Shown: positions 17,898 through 26,434 of the stretch, in pieces
Numbering within the stretch: the first letter of the stretch is position 1
How the letters are laid out: the number at the start of each line of letters is the position of its first letter
Virus record (IMG/VR): IMGVR_UViG_3300048579_000451
Coordinates: 1-27,589 of that record
DNA from: a virus
Taxonomy: Duplodnaviria > Caudoviricetes
Strand: one strand, 5' to 3'
DNA: 27,589 bases
Program-made: the position numbers and the translations under genes
The notes under the pieces: generated by a model
The model's database searches: none
Seen by the model: only the letters and a program-made list of their open reading frames with translations
What the model was told of the DNA's origin: nothing

Positions 17898-18980
17898 ATG
17901 CTTCCAAAGCCGCTGCTTGACATACTTGAACCAGCCTATCGTCCCTGCGCGCATTTCGAAGGCGCATGCACGGGTGCCTGTGTTTGGGAACCGGCAAAGG
18001 GCTTAGTGCCCTGTTCCTTTGGCGGCGCCTTGGGCGCACTTGATGAAGTGCGCTTGATCATCGTGACCGCAGAACCCGGCGACCCGCCAGACAGCACCGG
18101 CTACCAAGGGACGCCGCTGGACATGGTCCAGAATTCGGTGCGCATTTTCCGCGAGGCTATGCAGAACCTTGGGATAGACAGGGCCGGGCGGCCCACACCC
18201 TTTCATCGAAACATGCGCCGCATCCTTGATGCCTTCTGGCCGACAGATGGCCTCGACGTCCAACTCCGGAAGACCTGGACGACCAACGCTGTTCTCTGCC
18301 CGGCCGAGGTTTCCGGGGGTAAGCACCTCCCTCGGGTAGAGAAGGCATGTACCGAGACCTATCTTGCGCGCCAGTTGGACCTTTTCCCGAAAGCCTTCGT
18401 CCTGGCGCTGGGCGGCAAGGCGCGCGACCGCATGCAGGCAGCAGGGTTGAGGTTTGACGCAGTCGGATTGCACCCGAGCGCGCGTGCATCGGACGCCGAT
18501 AAAATGGCATCTTGGGAAAGCGCTGCGCGGCTGTTTCGTGGAGAGACGTCGGAAGGTAGGATCTCCGCACCGGCATCACCGCCACAGCAAGATCGATCAC
18601 ACCGCGTAAAGCGAGGTGCAATGCAACCGCGGCCAGAATCGACCAGCGATCTTCAGGCAGCCATCAGAGCCCTTCCGCCCGGAGTAGCCGACTTCTTCCG
18701 GAGATTGGTCGATCACCCGGACTATGGTTGTCAGGCAGGGCGGATGCAGCTGATGGTGTCCTTCCGCGGCGCGAAAGTGGGCGGTTTGAACCGTCAGGCA
18801 TCGCATTGGTACTTTTCAAAGGTTTTCATCCGCGATCACGGCGGTCCAGCCACAATGACGCAGCACGGTTTCGGGCATGTGGTCCACAACGAGAAGCACG
18901 AGTATTGGATGCGTCAGGGGGCCGGGGCGCATGCTGCCTTCGAGGACGCAATGGTTGCAATGACCGGGGTACGGCCGTGA
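17898..18980 (+). CDS. Uracil-DNA glycosylase superfamily protein with an extra C-terminal domain
   Basis: Motif A-like IIVTAEPG, TNAVLC, LALGGKA and motif B HPS. N-terminal Cys cluster (CAHFEGACTGAC) as in Fe-S family 4/5 UDGs. A low-complexity linker leads to a ~110-aa second domain. Confidence 0.7.
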   Translation: MLPKPLLDILEPAYRPCAHFEGACTGACVWEPAKGLVPCSFGGALGALDEVRLIIVTAEPGDPPDSTGYQGTPLDMVQNSVRIFREAMQNLGIDRAGRPTPFHRNMRRILDAFWPTDGLDVQLRKTWTTNAVLCPAEVSGGKHLPRVEKACTETYLARQLDLFPKAFVLALGGKARDRMQAAGLRFDAVGLHPSARASDADKMASWESAARLFRGETSEGRISAPASPPQQDRSHRVKRGAMQPRPESTSDLQAAIRALPPGVADFFRRLVDHPDYGCQAGRMQLMVSFRGAKVGGLNRQASHWYFSKVFIRDHGGPATMTQHGFGHVVHNEKHEYWMRQGAGAHAAFEDAMVAMTGVRP

Positions 18981-19118
18981 GCGACAGGTCTTCGCCAACA
19001 GGAACATGCCGCGAACATCCTGCGATTCCCATGTCGCATGGGTGTTGCACGGAAGAAATCGGAACGGCTGTAAGCCTTTGGAATCGCGCGGAAAGATGTT
19101 GTTCTGTGTTGCAACGCG

Positions 19119-19140
19119 GAAAGCGCCCCGTGGGGCGCTC
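19119..19140 (-). terminator. Putative intrinsic terminator downstream of the tRNA-Met 3' end
   Basis: AGCGCCCC-GT-GGGGCGCT perfect inverted repeat; the minus strand continues TTTCCGCGTT. About 40 nt past the CCA end. Confidence 0.55.
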
Positions 19141-19150
19141 TGCTTTGGCG

Positions 19151-19163
19151 TAAGCCTTTGATA
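19151..19163 (-). promoter_or_regulatory. IHF binding site in the att arm
   Basis: Reverse complement TATCAAAGGCTTA is an exact WATCAANNNNTTR match 15 bp from the att core. A near-copy lies at 19071-19083. Confidence 0.55.
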
Positions 19164-19178
19164 TCTTGTAGTGTATTT

Positions 19179-19225
19179 TGGTTGCGGGGGCAGGATTTGA
19201 ACCTGCGGCCTTCAGGTTATGAGCC
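19179..19225 (-). repeat. att core copy 2: 3' half of tRNA-Met(CAT), not a complete tRNA
   Basis: 45 bp identical to 1466-1510, plus 2 further bases of anticodon stem (GG on the minus strand). No D-arm or 5' acceptor strand. Confidence 0.95.
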
Positions 19226-19490
19226 GCACAAACGCCAGATCAGAATTCCTTTCCACTTCAGTAACTTACCCTTTACAGATTTGATTTGTTTCAGCTTTTC
19301 TTCGATCTTGGCTGGATTTCGTCGCGATTAAATGGATCGCACCGTCTCGAGCGCCACATTCACGGGTTGACCAGACGTTGACAAGCGCACTGCATCACTT
19401 GCGACACATTGATCTTCGCGAGCCAACCTAAAGAAGTGGCGAAAAGAGTGGTAAACCTTGAGAGAACTCGGATCTGTGCGCACCTCCGTT

Positions 19491-22400
19491 TCAGCGTCCA
19501 TGGCGTCCGCGGTGTCGTCGACGGCTCTTGCCATACTTTTTCAAACCGCCCTCCTTCGGAACGGCTGTTTCAGGTTGCATAGGAATGGCCGTTGCAGTCC
19601 TTTCAAGCGAGATGAAGTGCCCCCGGGCCCAGTCCACCATGTATCTTTGCAGCCTTGGTCTCTGTCCAGAATGCCTTATCATCTGACGCAAGATCTCCGC
19701 AAAGTCACCGTGGGCGGAGTACATGGGCATCAACCGATTTAATGTCATGCCGCATGCTTTCGCCTTTGTTAGGTCCGAAAGGGTTCGACTATCCCAGATA
19801 TGCTTCATGAAGTCCCAAGCCACTGCGAAGTGGGATCTTATCTCTGCCGTGGGTGTGCCAATAAACTCTAGCGCGGCTGCCAGCTGGGGCAGCGCCCCAT
19901 CATCGTCGCGAACAGCGATATGGGCCAAGAGTGCTGCACTCACAGAGACATATTCATGGCGCTGTGAAGCGAGGGCGCTAACCGCGTCAGTGTAGGCGGC
20001 AAAGTCGAGTGTTCCCTCCTCTAATGCAGCCATTAAAACGACTTGAAGCCACACTCCATTGACTGGGTATAGCTGCGAGGCCAGATTGCGAAAATGCAAG
20101 TCGTCAGAGAGAAGAAGCAAACCTTCTGACGCAGCAAGATGTATCGTATCAAGGCTCCCTGCCCCTGCAATCTCGAGAAAAAGGGATTCCAGCTGCGACG
20201 GCGACCCAGGCGCTGCTGCAGGAAGTAGTTCACACTCTTTGGAAATGCTTTCAATCGCGGATCCAATCGTATCAGCAGATCTTCGCAGTTCTTCGGGAGA
20301 AATTTCCTGACGCAAGAACTTTCCGTCCCGATAGCCGATAGTCATCATCGGCTCATCACCACGATTGTCGTAGCGATCTCTAAAGGTGCGCATTTCGTCA
20401 ATAACTGACTGAGGCACTACAACCCTAGGGAACAGACTCTTTATGGCGCCAAGAAGACCCAGTGTCTGGGCGCACCAGGCGGTGTATGCATCAAGAACGA
20501 CGCCGCTTTTCCGCGCATTGGCAATTGCATCTAGAGCCGCCATACGCTCAGCCTGAGTTCCGATGCAGGTCTTGATTACCATGCCTGAACTGGCCAGCTG
20601 CCCCGCTGTTGCGATAGAGGTTTGCCCCAACAGCGCTCCGATCATGCACAGCGGAAACCCTTCTGTGGCATACCGCCCCAAATGTTCTTCGGTTCGAAGC
20701 GAATCCGCCTTGATTTGTTCAAGGAGTGGGCCAACGTCGTCTTCTGGGGTTTCAACAACATAGAAGCCTCGCGCGTCAGGAAATCGAGTTGGAAAACCCT
20801 CGATGATGTCGTGCAAGAGCGCTAAGTACTTATGTTTGAAACCAAGCACTTTCCAGGTTTGAGGCGTGCCAAGACCCTGCTCTAGAACAATAGTGTCGCC
20901 CATTCTTGCGCCAAGAAGCATCCGAGCCAAACGATGTTCCGAGCCGTAGTGGTCAATCGAGGGATCGTCCCGCCCCTCTACGACTGTAACCCTAAGCCGT
21001 CGACCATCTTGTCGCTCGATGTCCACGGCGCAGTCGACGCCAACAACCTCACCTACTTCCGGAATAGGGAGTGCAGTCGGCGCCGGCAGGAGCAATCCAA
21101 TATAGAATAGGTTAACCTTGGCGTCGCTCCGGTTCTTCAACGCAATCTCGTAAGCGTACGCTAAAGCCTCCTCGGAACGCCCGGACCGAGCTAGAAGTTG
21201 CGCCAAGCCGACTTTCAGATGCGCAGGCCCCTCGAGGGCATTCAGATCGAGACTCTTCAGGTGGTCTGCGACATCGTTGTACCGGTCAAGACGAAGGTAA
21301 GTGTTAACAAGGCCAAGGTGCGCTTCAAGGCTAGTCGGACGCGCCTCAACCGCGGAACGAAACGCTGCCTCTGCCTTGGCAAGAGCACCGCGGTTGAACT
21401 CGATTGCGCCGATCACCCTAGAAAAGAACTCATCCTTAGAAAGTTTATCTGGCAATGCTGAAACGAAGTCGACTGCGGCCTGTCGTGGCGGCGCGTTGAC
21501 GAAGGCCCGAGCGAGCAGCCTCAGTTCTTCGCTGTCGCGATCGAGCGGAATGTGATCGTGGAGCAGTTCTGTCACTACTTGGGGATCATCTTCCTGCTCC
21601 GCTACACGCGCGAGCATCAAGCGAGCAGGCAAGTTCAGCTTCTCTCGCTGTTCTTCGGCCCTCTTGTAGAGCGATGTTGCCCATTCCCCGTCTCGCCGCG
21701 CCTTCGCGATCGCATGAAGAATGATGGGCACTATCGGCTCGTCAGGGTACTTAGCCAACAGAGCGTCAGCGCAATCACGAGGATCGAGACTATCGTCAGT
21801 CCTGCTTCTCGCTAGCAAAAGTAGCGAACAAACGAAGGCTTGGTCTGAGATTGGCAGTTCGTCGATATTTACTGCGCTATCCAGCGTCGCAAGCTCCTTC
21901 CACTTGCTCTGGTTAGCTAAAGAGGCAAATTTCGCAACGGTATAATCCCGAGCGTCGAGCAGGTTCTGGATGACGTCACCGACCTCTACCGCATCTCCGC
22001 TCTCCAAGACGACCTTAGCCCATCCATCACGGACCTCTTTGTCATCTGGCGCAAAATCTAGTCCTTTTCCAATTATCTCCCGCGCGCGATCAAATTGGCG
22101 GAGAAGGCGGTAGGCAGTCGCAAGGTTAAGACAAAGCGAGATATCAAAATTGCTTCTCACGTCTGGAAGTGCCAGCATCTCCGTAAACTGAACTGCTAGT
22201 ATGCTAGCCGCGTCATTCACACGGACAGCGAGTTCGCCAGGAAGGAGTGATCGGAAGGTTTGATCCGCCCAACTACATCCTTCGTCAATTATCGCTTCAG
22301 CCGCGAACCTAGCGAGATCCTTGTTCTGAGGGTGGTCGGCAAATGCTGCGCCAGCCACATCGCGCCAAGTTGGATCATGCCGCGTGCGAAGAAGAGCTAT

Positions 22401-23474
22401 TTTTGCAACCAGGACATTGGGGTCGCCCGCAATCCCATCCGGTATAATCGAGAGCGGATCTGTCACTCCCAATAGCTGATTTGCCGCTAGAAGCGTATGG
22501 CAGACGAGTGCTACCTTCTCCTCTGATCTCGCAATTGCGTCTACGCCTAACTCGTAAGCTTCTCGTGGCCGGTCCAAAAGGACGAGCCCGAGTACCTTGA
22601 ATGCGAGTGCTTTGGGCTCATTTGGCGCAAGTTCGACTGCCTCGAGGTAAAGTCGACCGGCCTCTTCACGATCGCCAAGCCTTAGCTTACTCGCCGCAAT
22701 GTTGGCTTTTACTCGGTAGCGAATACGCCCGGCAGCGTCAGGCGGAAGCAATTCCCACATCGTCTGCAACATTGAGGCAGCTGTGGCCGAGTGTCCTGCA
22801 TTCAGGAGATCGCGATAGCCGTCTATCTGCCGGTCGAGGATGGTATCGAGGCGCGAGCCCTCCTCAGTGTTGATCGACGCAGAGAGACTCGCTCCCTTAA
22901 CGTGCGCGTTCAGTTGGCGCAGCTCAGCGAGGACTGCGTCGTTGCCACTTTCGACCTGCGCAGCAAGGCGCTCTTGCCCTTCGAAGAGGCGCTGGAAATG
23001 AGGAAACGCATCGGGGAAAAAAGCACGCACTACCTCTTCATACTGAAGTATGTGGGTCTCAAGCGTTCCCCACCCCCACACTTGGACGTGAAAATCGCGT
23101 CCGAGCTTCGCCTGCTCATCAGAAATGGTCGCCGCTTCCTCATCAAGCTCCACATGATCCGGTGCGGTGGTCACAATGATGAGTTCTTTGAGGAGAGGCT
23201 TGAATTGAAGCGCAGCCTCTGCCTCCTCTCGAACTGTCTTTCGTTCGAGCTTAGCAGCCTTGATCTTTAACTTGCACTGAATTCCTACCCAATGATCCAG
23301 ACCCACATTCTTGCGTCTTCCGAGAAGATCAATACCTTTCTGAGCCTGACCGGAAGACCCAAATTCCTTTACCCCAGGGTCTTTCAAAACATGTTCAAAA
23401 AGCACTTTGCACTGCCGTTGAAACACAGTTGGGTCTGAGGTCTTTGGAATCTGCGTTGACGCGCTGACGGTCAT
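19491..23474 (-). CDS. Large defence-type protein: Mrr-like nuclease + TPR repeats + GreA/GreB C-terminal-like domain + PIN domain
   Basis: N-terminal GIDLLG...GIQCK (D...QxK); many TPR-like helical repeats (e.g. EAGRLYLEAVELAPNEP, AEAAFRSAVEARPTS); LARMLLGARMGDTIVL resembling the GreA/B C-terminus; PIN acidic residues in VVLDA, VIDE, DTIHLA and LSDD. Lower GC. Start uncertain (23474, 23513 or 23531). Confidence 0.8.
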   Translation of the reverse strand: MTVSASTQIPKTSDPTVFQRQCKVLFEHVLKDPGVKEFGSSGQAQKGIDLLGRRKNVGLDHWVGIQCKLKIKAAKLERKTVREEAEAALQFKPLLKELIIVTTAPDHVELDEEAATISDEQAKLGRDFHVQVWGWGTLETHILQYEEVVRAFFPDAFPHFQRLFEGQERLAAQVESGNDAVLAELRQLNAHVKGASLSASINTEEGSRLDTILDRQIDGYRDLLNAGHSATAASMLQTMWELLPPDAAGRIRYRVKANIAASKLRLGDREEAGRLYLEAVELAPNEPKALAFKVLGLVLLDRPREAYELGVDAIARSEEKVALVCHTLLAANQLLGVTDPLSIIPDGIAGDPNVLVAKIALLRTRHDPTWRDVAGAAFADHPQNKDLARFAAEAIIDEGCSWADQTFRSLLPGELAVRVNDAASILAVQFTEMLALPDVRSNFDISLCLNLATAYRLLRQFDRAREIIGKGLDFAPDDKEVRDGWAKVVLESGDAVEVGDVIQNLLDARDYTVAKFASLANQSKWKELATLDSAVNIDELPISDQAFVCSLLLLARSRTDDSLDPRDCADALLAKYPDEPIVPIILHAIAKARRDGEWATSLYKRAEEQREKLNLPARLMLARVAEQEDDPQVVTELLHDHIPLDRDSEELRLLARAFVNAPPRQAAVDFVSALPDKLSKDEFFSRVIGAIEFNRGALAKAEAAFRSAVEARPTSLEAHLGLVNTYLRLDRYNDVADHLKSLDLNALEGPAHLKVGLAQLLARSGRSEEALAYAYEIALKNRSDAKVNLFYIGLLLPAPTALPIPEVGEVVGVDCAVDIERQDGRRLRVTVVEGRDDPSIDHYGSEHRLARMLLGARMGDTIVLEQGLGTPQTWKVLGFKHKYLALLHDIIEGFPTRFPDARGFYVVETPEDDVGPLLEQIKADSLRTEEHLGRYATEGFPLCMIGALLGQTSIATAGQLASSGMVIKTCIGTQAERMAALDAIANARKSGVVLDAYTAWCAQTLGLLGAIKSLFPRVVVPQSVIDEMRTFRDRYDNRGDEPMMTIGYRDGKFLRQEISPEELRRSADTIGSAIESISKECELLPAAAPGSPSQLESLFLEIAGAGSLDTIHLAASEGLLLLSDDLHFRNLASQLYPVNGVWLQVVLMAALEEGTLDFAAYTDAVSALASQRHEYVSVSAALLAHIAVRDDDGALPQLAAALEFIGTPTAEIRSHFAVAWDFMKHIWDSRTLSDLTKAKACGMTLNRLMPMYSAHGDFAEILRQMIRHSGQRPRLQRYMVDWARGHFISLERTATAIPMQPETAVPKEGGLKKYGKSRRRHRGRHGR

Positions 23475-23836
23475 TTGGCCTGCAATCTGTGTGCTTCTCA
23501 GAACGGTGGTCATATGGCCGACCCGATTCAATACTTGTCATCTGGTCAGCCGGTCCCTCATGGGAACAGAAGAGTCAGCTCCTTACAAGCTTCACCAGAG
23601 AGGCTTCAGCACCTTCACGTCAAAGGGGATGCCCTAACGATGGACCAGGGCGCTGGGAAGTTTGGCTGTGCTCAGAAGCAGTTAAAGAGCACACACAGTT
23701 ACTTGCTCACGTGCTGACAGCTATCAAACCGGCTCAAGGTCGGACCGCGTTCTTCAACGCTCTGATGTACCGCGAGGTCGACGCATTGAATAACCTGTTG
23801 TTTTCCTTGACAGGAATTGCCACTCCCGCTCTCCAA

Positions 23837-23860
23837 TTCCACCTTCCGCCTGTATTCCGG
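23837..23860 (+). repeat. 24-bp motif copy A upstream of the integrase
   Basis: TTCCACCTTCCGCCTGTATTCCGG, 23/24 identical to 26347-26370. Confidence 0.75.
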
Positions 23861-23932
23861 CCCCTTCCCCGTGGTCCGACTTGATAGTGGCGCGGGTCTA
23901 CGCCTGTGTCGTCGGGCAAGGAGGCGTGATGG

Positions 23933-25204
23933 ATGGTCAAACGACTGAAACTGAATGAGAAAACCCTGCGCGAGGCGGAGCCCAAACCCGGCGTCAGCTA
24001 TCAGATATTCGACACGGAGGTGATCGGCTTTGCCGCCCGCGTTCAGGCCTCGGGCGCGCGGACCTTCACCATCGACTACCGGCACGCCGGGCGGCAGCGG
24101 CGCATGACCATCGGGCGCTGGCCCGAGTGGAGCGTCACGGCAGCCCGCGAACGCGCCAAGGAACTGCGCCGCGCCATCGATGAGGGGCAGGATCCTCTGG
24201 CAGCGCGGGATGAATGGCGCGGGGCCCCGCGCGTCACGGACATGATCGACCGCTACATCGCCGAACACCTGCCGAAACTGGCCAAGACCAATGCGGGCGA
24301 CCAGGTCTCGATGCTGAAGAAGATGGTGGAACCGGCCTGGGGCAACCGGCTGGTGACGGAGATCACCAAGTCCGACGTCGCCAAGTTCCTCGATTTCGTG
24401 GCCGAGGGCCGCCCCCGCCCCTGCAAGGCGAAGCCCAACAACAGGGCCCGCAAACTGCAGGGCCACAAGCCCACGCCGATCCGTGCCAACCGCATGGGTG
24501 AGGTGCTGCGCAAGATGTTCACGTTGGCGATGGAATGGGACTGGCGGACAGACAACCCTGCGCAGGGGTTCCATCGACGCATCGAACATGCGCGCGAACG
24601 GTTCCTCTCGCCCGAGGAACTGACCCGGCTGGCGGCCGTGCTGGATGCCGCCGAGGATCAGCGGGCCGCGGCGATCATCCGCATATGCATGTTGACCGGC
24701 GCCCGGGTGGGCGAGGTCCGGACGGCGCGGTTCGAACAGTTCAACCTCGACTATGCCATCTGGTCGAAACCCGCCTCGACCACCAAGCAGCGCAAGATCC
24801 ACCGCGTCCCGATCTCGCAGGATGTGGCCGCCATCGTGCGGCTACGCCAGCAGGTGGTGCCAAGCGGTAATCCGTGGCTCTTCCCCGGTGACACAGTCGG
24901 CCAGCCCGTCCGGGAAATCCGCCGCTTCTGGGCCAAGGTGCAGAAGGACGCCGGGCTGGCCGACGTCCGTATCCATGACCTGCGCCACACCTTCGCCTCG
25001 ATGCTGGTCAGTGGCGGCGCGTCGCTGGAAATGATCGGCAAGCTGCTGGGTCATAGCCAGATGCAGACCACCCAGCGCTACGCACACCTGATGGACTCCC
25101 CCCTGCGCGCGGGCGTCGACACGGTGGCCAGCCTCCTGCGCCCGCGGCCGAGCCTTGTGCATGATGCGGCGCAGGAGAGGGCCGACCTGCCGAGATCGGC
25201 CTGA
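23933..25204 (+). CDS. int: Tyrosine integrase with N-terminal arm DNA-binding domain (P4-like)
   Basis: GFAARVQASGARTF...RMTIGRWPEWSVTAARE arm domain; TGARVGE, HDLRH and LLGHSQMQTTQRY catalytic motifs; AGGAGG RBS. Confidence 0.95.
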   Translation: MVKRLKLNEKTLREAEPKPGVSYQIFDTEVIGFAARVQASGARTFTIDYRHAGRQRRMTIGRWPEWSVTAARERAKELRRAIDEGQDPLAARDEWRGAPRVTDMIDRYIAEHLPKLAKTNAGDQVSMLKKMVEPAWGNRLVTEITKSDVAKFLDFVAEGRPRPCKAKPNNRARKLQGHKPTPIRANRMGEVLRKMFTLAMEWDWRTDNPAQGFHRRIEHARERFLSPEELTRLAAVLDAAEDQRAAAIIRICMLTGARVGEVRTARFEQFNLDYAIWSKPASTTKQRKIHRVPISQDVAAIVRLRQQVVPSGNPWLFPGDTVGQPVREIRRFWAKVQKDAGLADVRIHDLRHTFASMLVSGGASLEMIGKLLGHSQMQTTQRYAHLMDSPLRAGVDTVASLLRPRPSLVHDAAQERADLPRSA

Positions 25205-25207
25205 CCC

Positions 25208-25810
25208 TCACGCGGCATCCTCGCTCCGCAACCTGCGCCAGAGCGAGGACAGCCGTTTGCGGATGGTGCTTTCATCCGGCACTTCGCCCGACTTCGAGTT
25301 CTGAACGAACCAGTCCTGCACCAGCGTGACCAGCGCGGTCTGGGTATCGGGCACCCCCTTCTCGAACAGGAACCACGTCAGCCACGTATACATCGCATCC
25401 CAATCGTAGCGGGGGCTGGCGCCGATGGTGGAAGCCGGGCGCCGCAGCAGATCGCGCTCCTCCTCGAATGCCTGCAGCGTTCCGGAATCCAGCAGCAGGT
25501 CGGAGGACCGGACCAGCACCCCCTCGGCCGGATCGGTGATCGTGAGCCAGGTCTTGCTGCCGAGCGGCATCACCCGCCTGAGCCGCGCCTGCTCGTCGCT
25601 CGGGCCCATCCGGCGGAACATCCCCATCAGTTCCGCCATCGGCACCTGGACCATACCGGCCACCGTCTCGTGACCACAGACGACCGGAGGGATGCCCGCC
25701 ACGACATGCAGATGCCCTGCTGCCGCCCAGCCCGCCACATCGGCCGGGTGACAGCCCCAGCGCACGGCGATTTCGTAGATCGAGAAGAAGGCGACGGGCG
25801 GAAGGGGCAT
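25208..25810 (-). CDS. Hypothetical protein with HTH-like termini, putative regulator
   Basis: N-terminal FFSIYEIAVRWGCHPADV (excisionase-like HTH) and C-terminal PDESTIRKRL (HTH-like). AAAGGAG RBS. Convergent on int. Confidence 0.7.
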   Translation of the reverse strand: MPLPPVAFFSIYEIAVRWGCHPADVAGWAAAGHLHVVAGIPPVVCGHETVAGMVQVPMAELMGMFRRMGPSDEQARLRRVMPLGSKTWLTITDPAEGVLVRSSDLLLDSGTLQAFEEERDLLRRPASTIGASPRYDWDAMYTWLTWFLFEKGVPDTQTALVTLVQDWFVQNSKSGEVPDESTIRKRLSSLWRRLRSEDAA

Positions 25811-26072
25811 GAAATGATCTCCTTTCAGACATGCGGCATCGATCGGCCAGGGCCGTCAGCACGCGGGTTACAAATGACCCGTCGCGCGACGCGCGCAGGC
25901 CCACGGGGTGGAGAGCACGTCGTCGAGGAAAATCGCCTGTAGGCCGGAGCCACACCGTTACCGGCACAGGCATCCGACTGTGTTCGTCTTTTCGATTCTT
26001 ATGGACTGCTCAACCATGAATTTACGCATCCGGAAGGCGAGCGCGCAACCACAAACCTGTGACGGCGAGTCC

Positions 26073-26087
26073 GAACAAAGAAAGAAC
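26073..26087. promoter_or_regulatory. Alphaproteobacterial LexA (SOS) box
   Basis: GAAC-AAAGAAA-GAAC matches GAAC-N7-GAAC with an A-rich spacer. A second GAAC-N7-GAAC lies at 26113-26127. Confidence 0.65.
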
Positions 26088-26346
26088 CTGTGGATATCGT
26101 CGAGCGCCTGCGGAACCCGACCGGAACGACCCATTCCGGCAATTCCGCTCCCCTGAGAACCGGCGAATCCGTGCGAACGCCGGTCAATCGGCCCGCCCGG
26201 AGAGAGCGTTGACGCAGGCACATGGATCGCCGCCCGGAACCGGCTCGGATGACGGCCGAGGAGACGGCTGCATGCGGTGGCCCTGACCCACCACGGGCCG
26301 CGAAACCCCAATGAAACAAGGGGTGGCACGGAATAGCGGCCTGTAG

Positions 26347-26370
26347 TTCCACCTTCCGCCTGTCTTCCGG
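26347..26370 (+). repeat. 24-bp motif copy B upstream of the AlpA/replication operon
   Basis: TTCCACCTTCCGCCTGTCTTCCGG, 23/24 identical to 23837-23860. Confidence 0.75.
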
Positions 26371-26434
26371 TCCTCGCGCTCTGCTTCGCTGACCCGGCCC
26401 CCGACAGTGGGGCGAAAGGCGAACGGAGCAGCCC

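Larger units (their letters stand above)
1466..19223. mobile_element. Integrated capsid-forming, tail-less phage satellite (cf-PICI-like element with a lambda-type head module), 17.7 kb
   Basis: Bounded by identical 45-bp tRNA-Met repeats. Contains integrase, regulators, primase-helicase, origin, terS, terL, portal, protease-capsid, gpW-like and DUF2190 genes, and no tail or lysis ORFs. Confidence 0.85.

Noticed and set aside
19002-19016. GAAC-N7-GAAC as a LexA box
   Set aside because: It matches the pattern but lies downstream of the glycosylase gene in the att arm, with no gene start nearby and a GC-rich spacer. More likely an 11-bp-spaced arm-type repeat or chance.
23489-23884. 131-aa plus-strand ORF upstream of the second integrase
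   Set aside because: No clear RBS or motifs, and it overlaps the likely divergent promoter region and the 24-bp motif.
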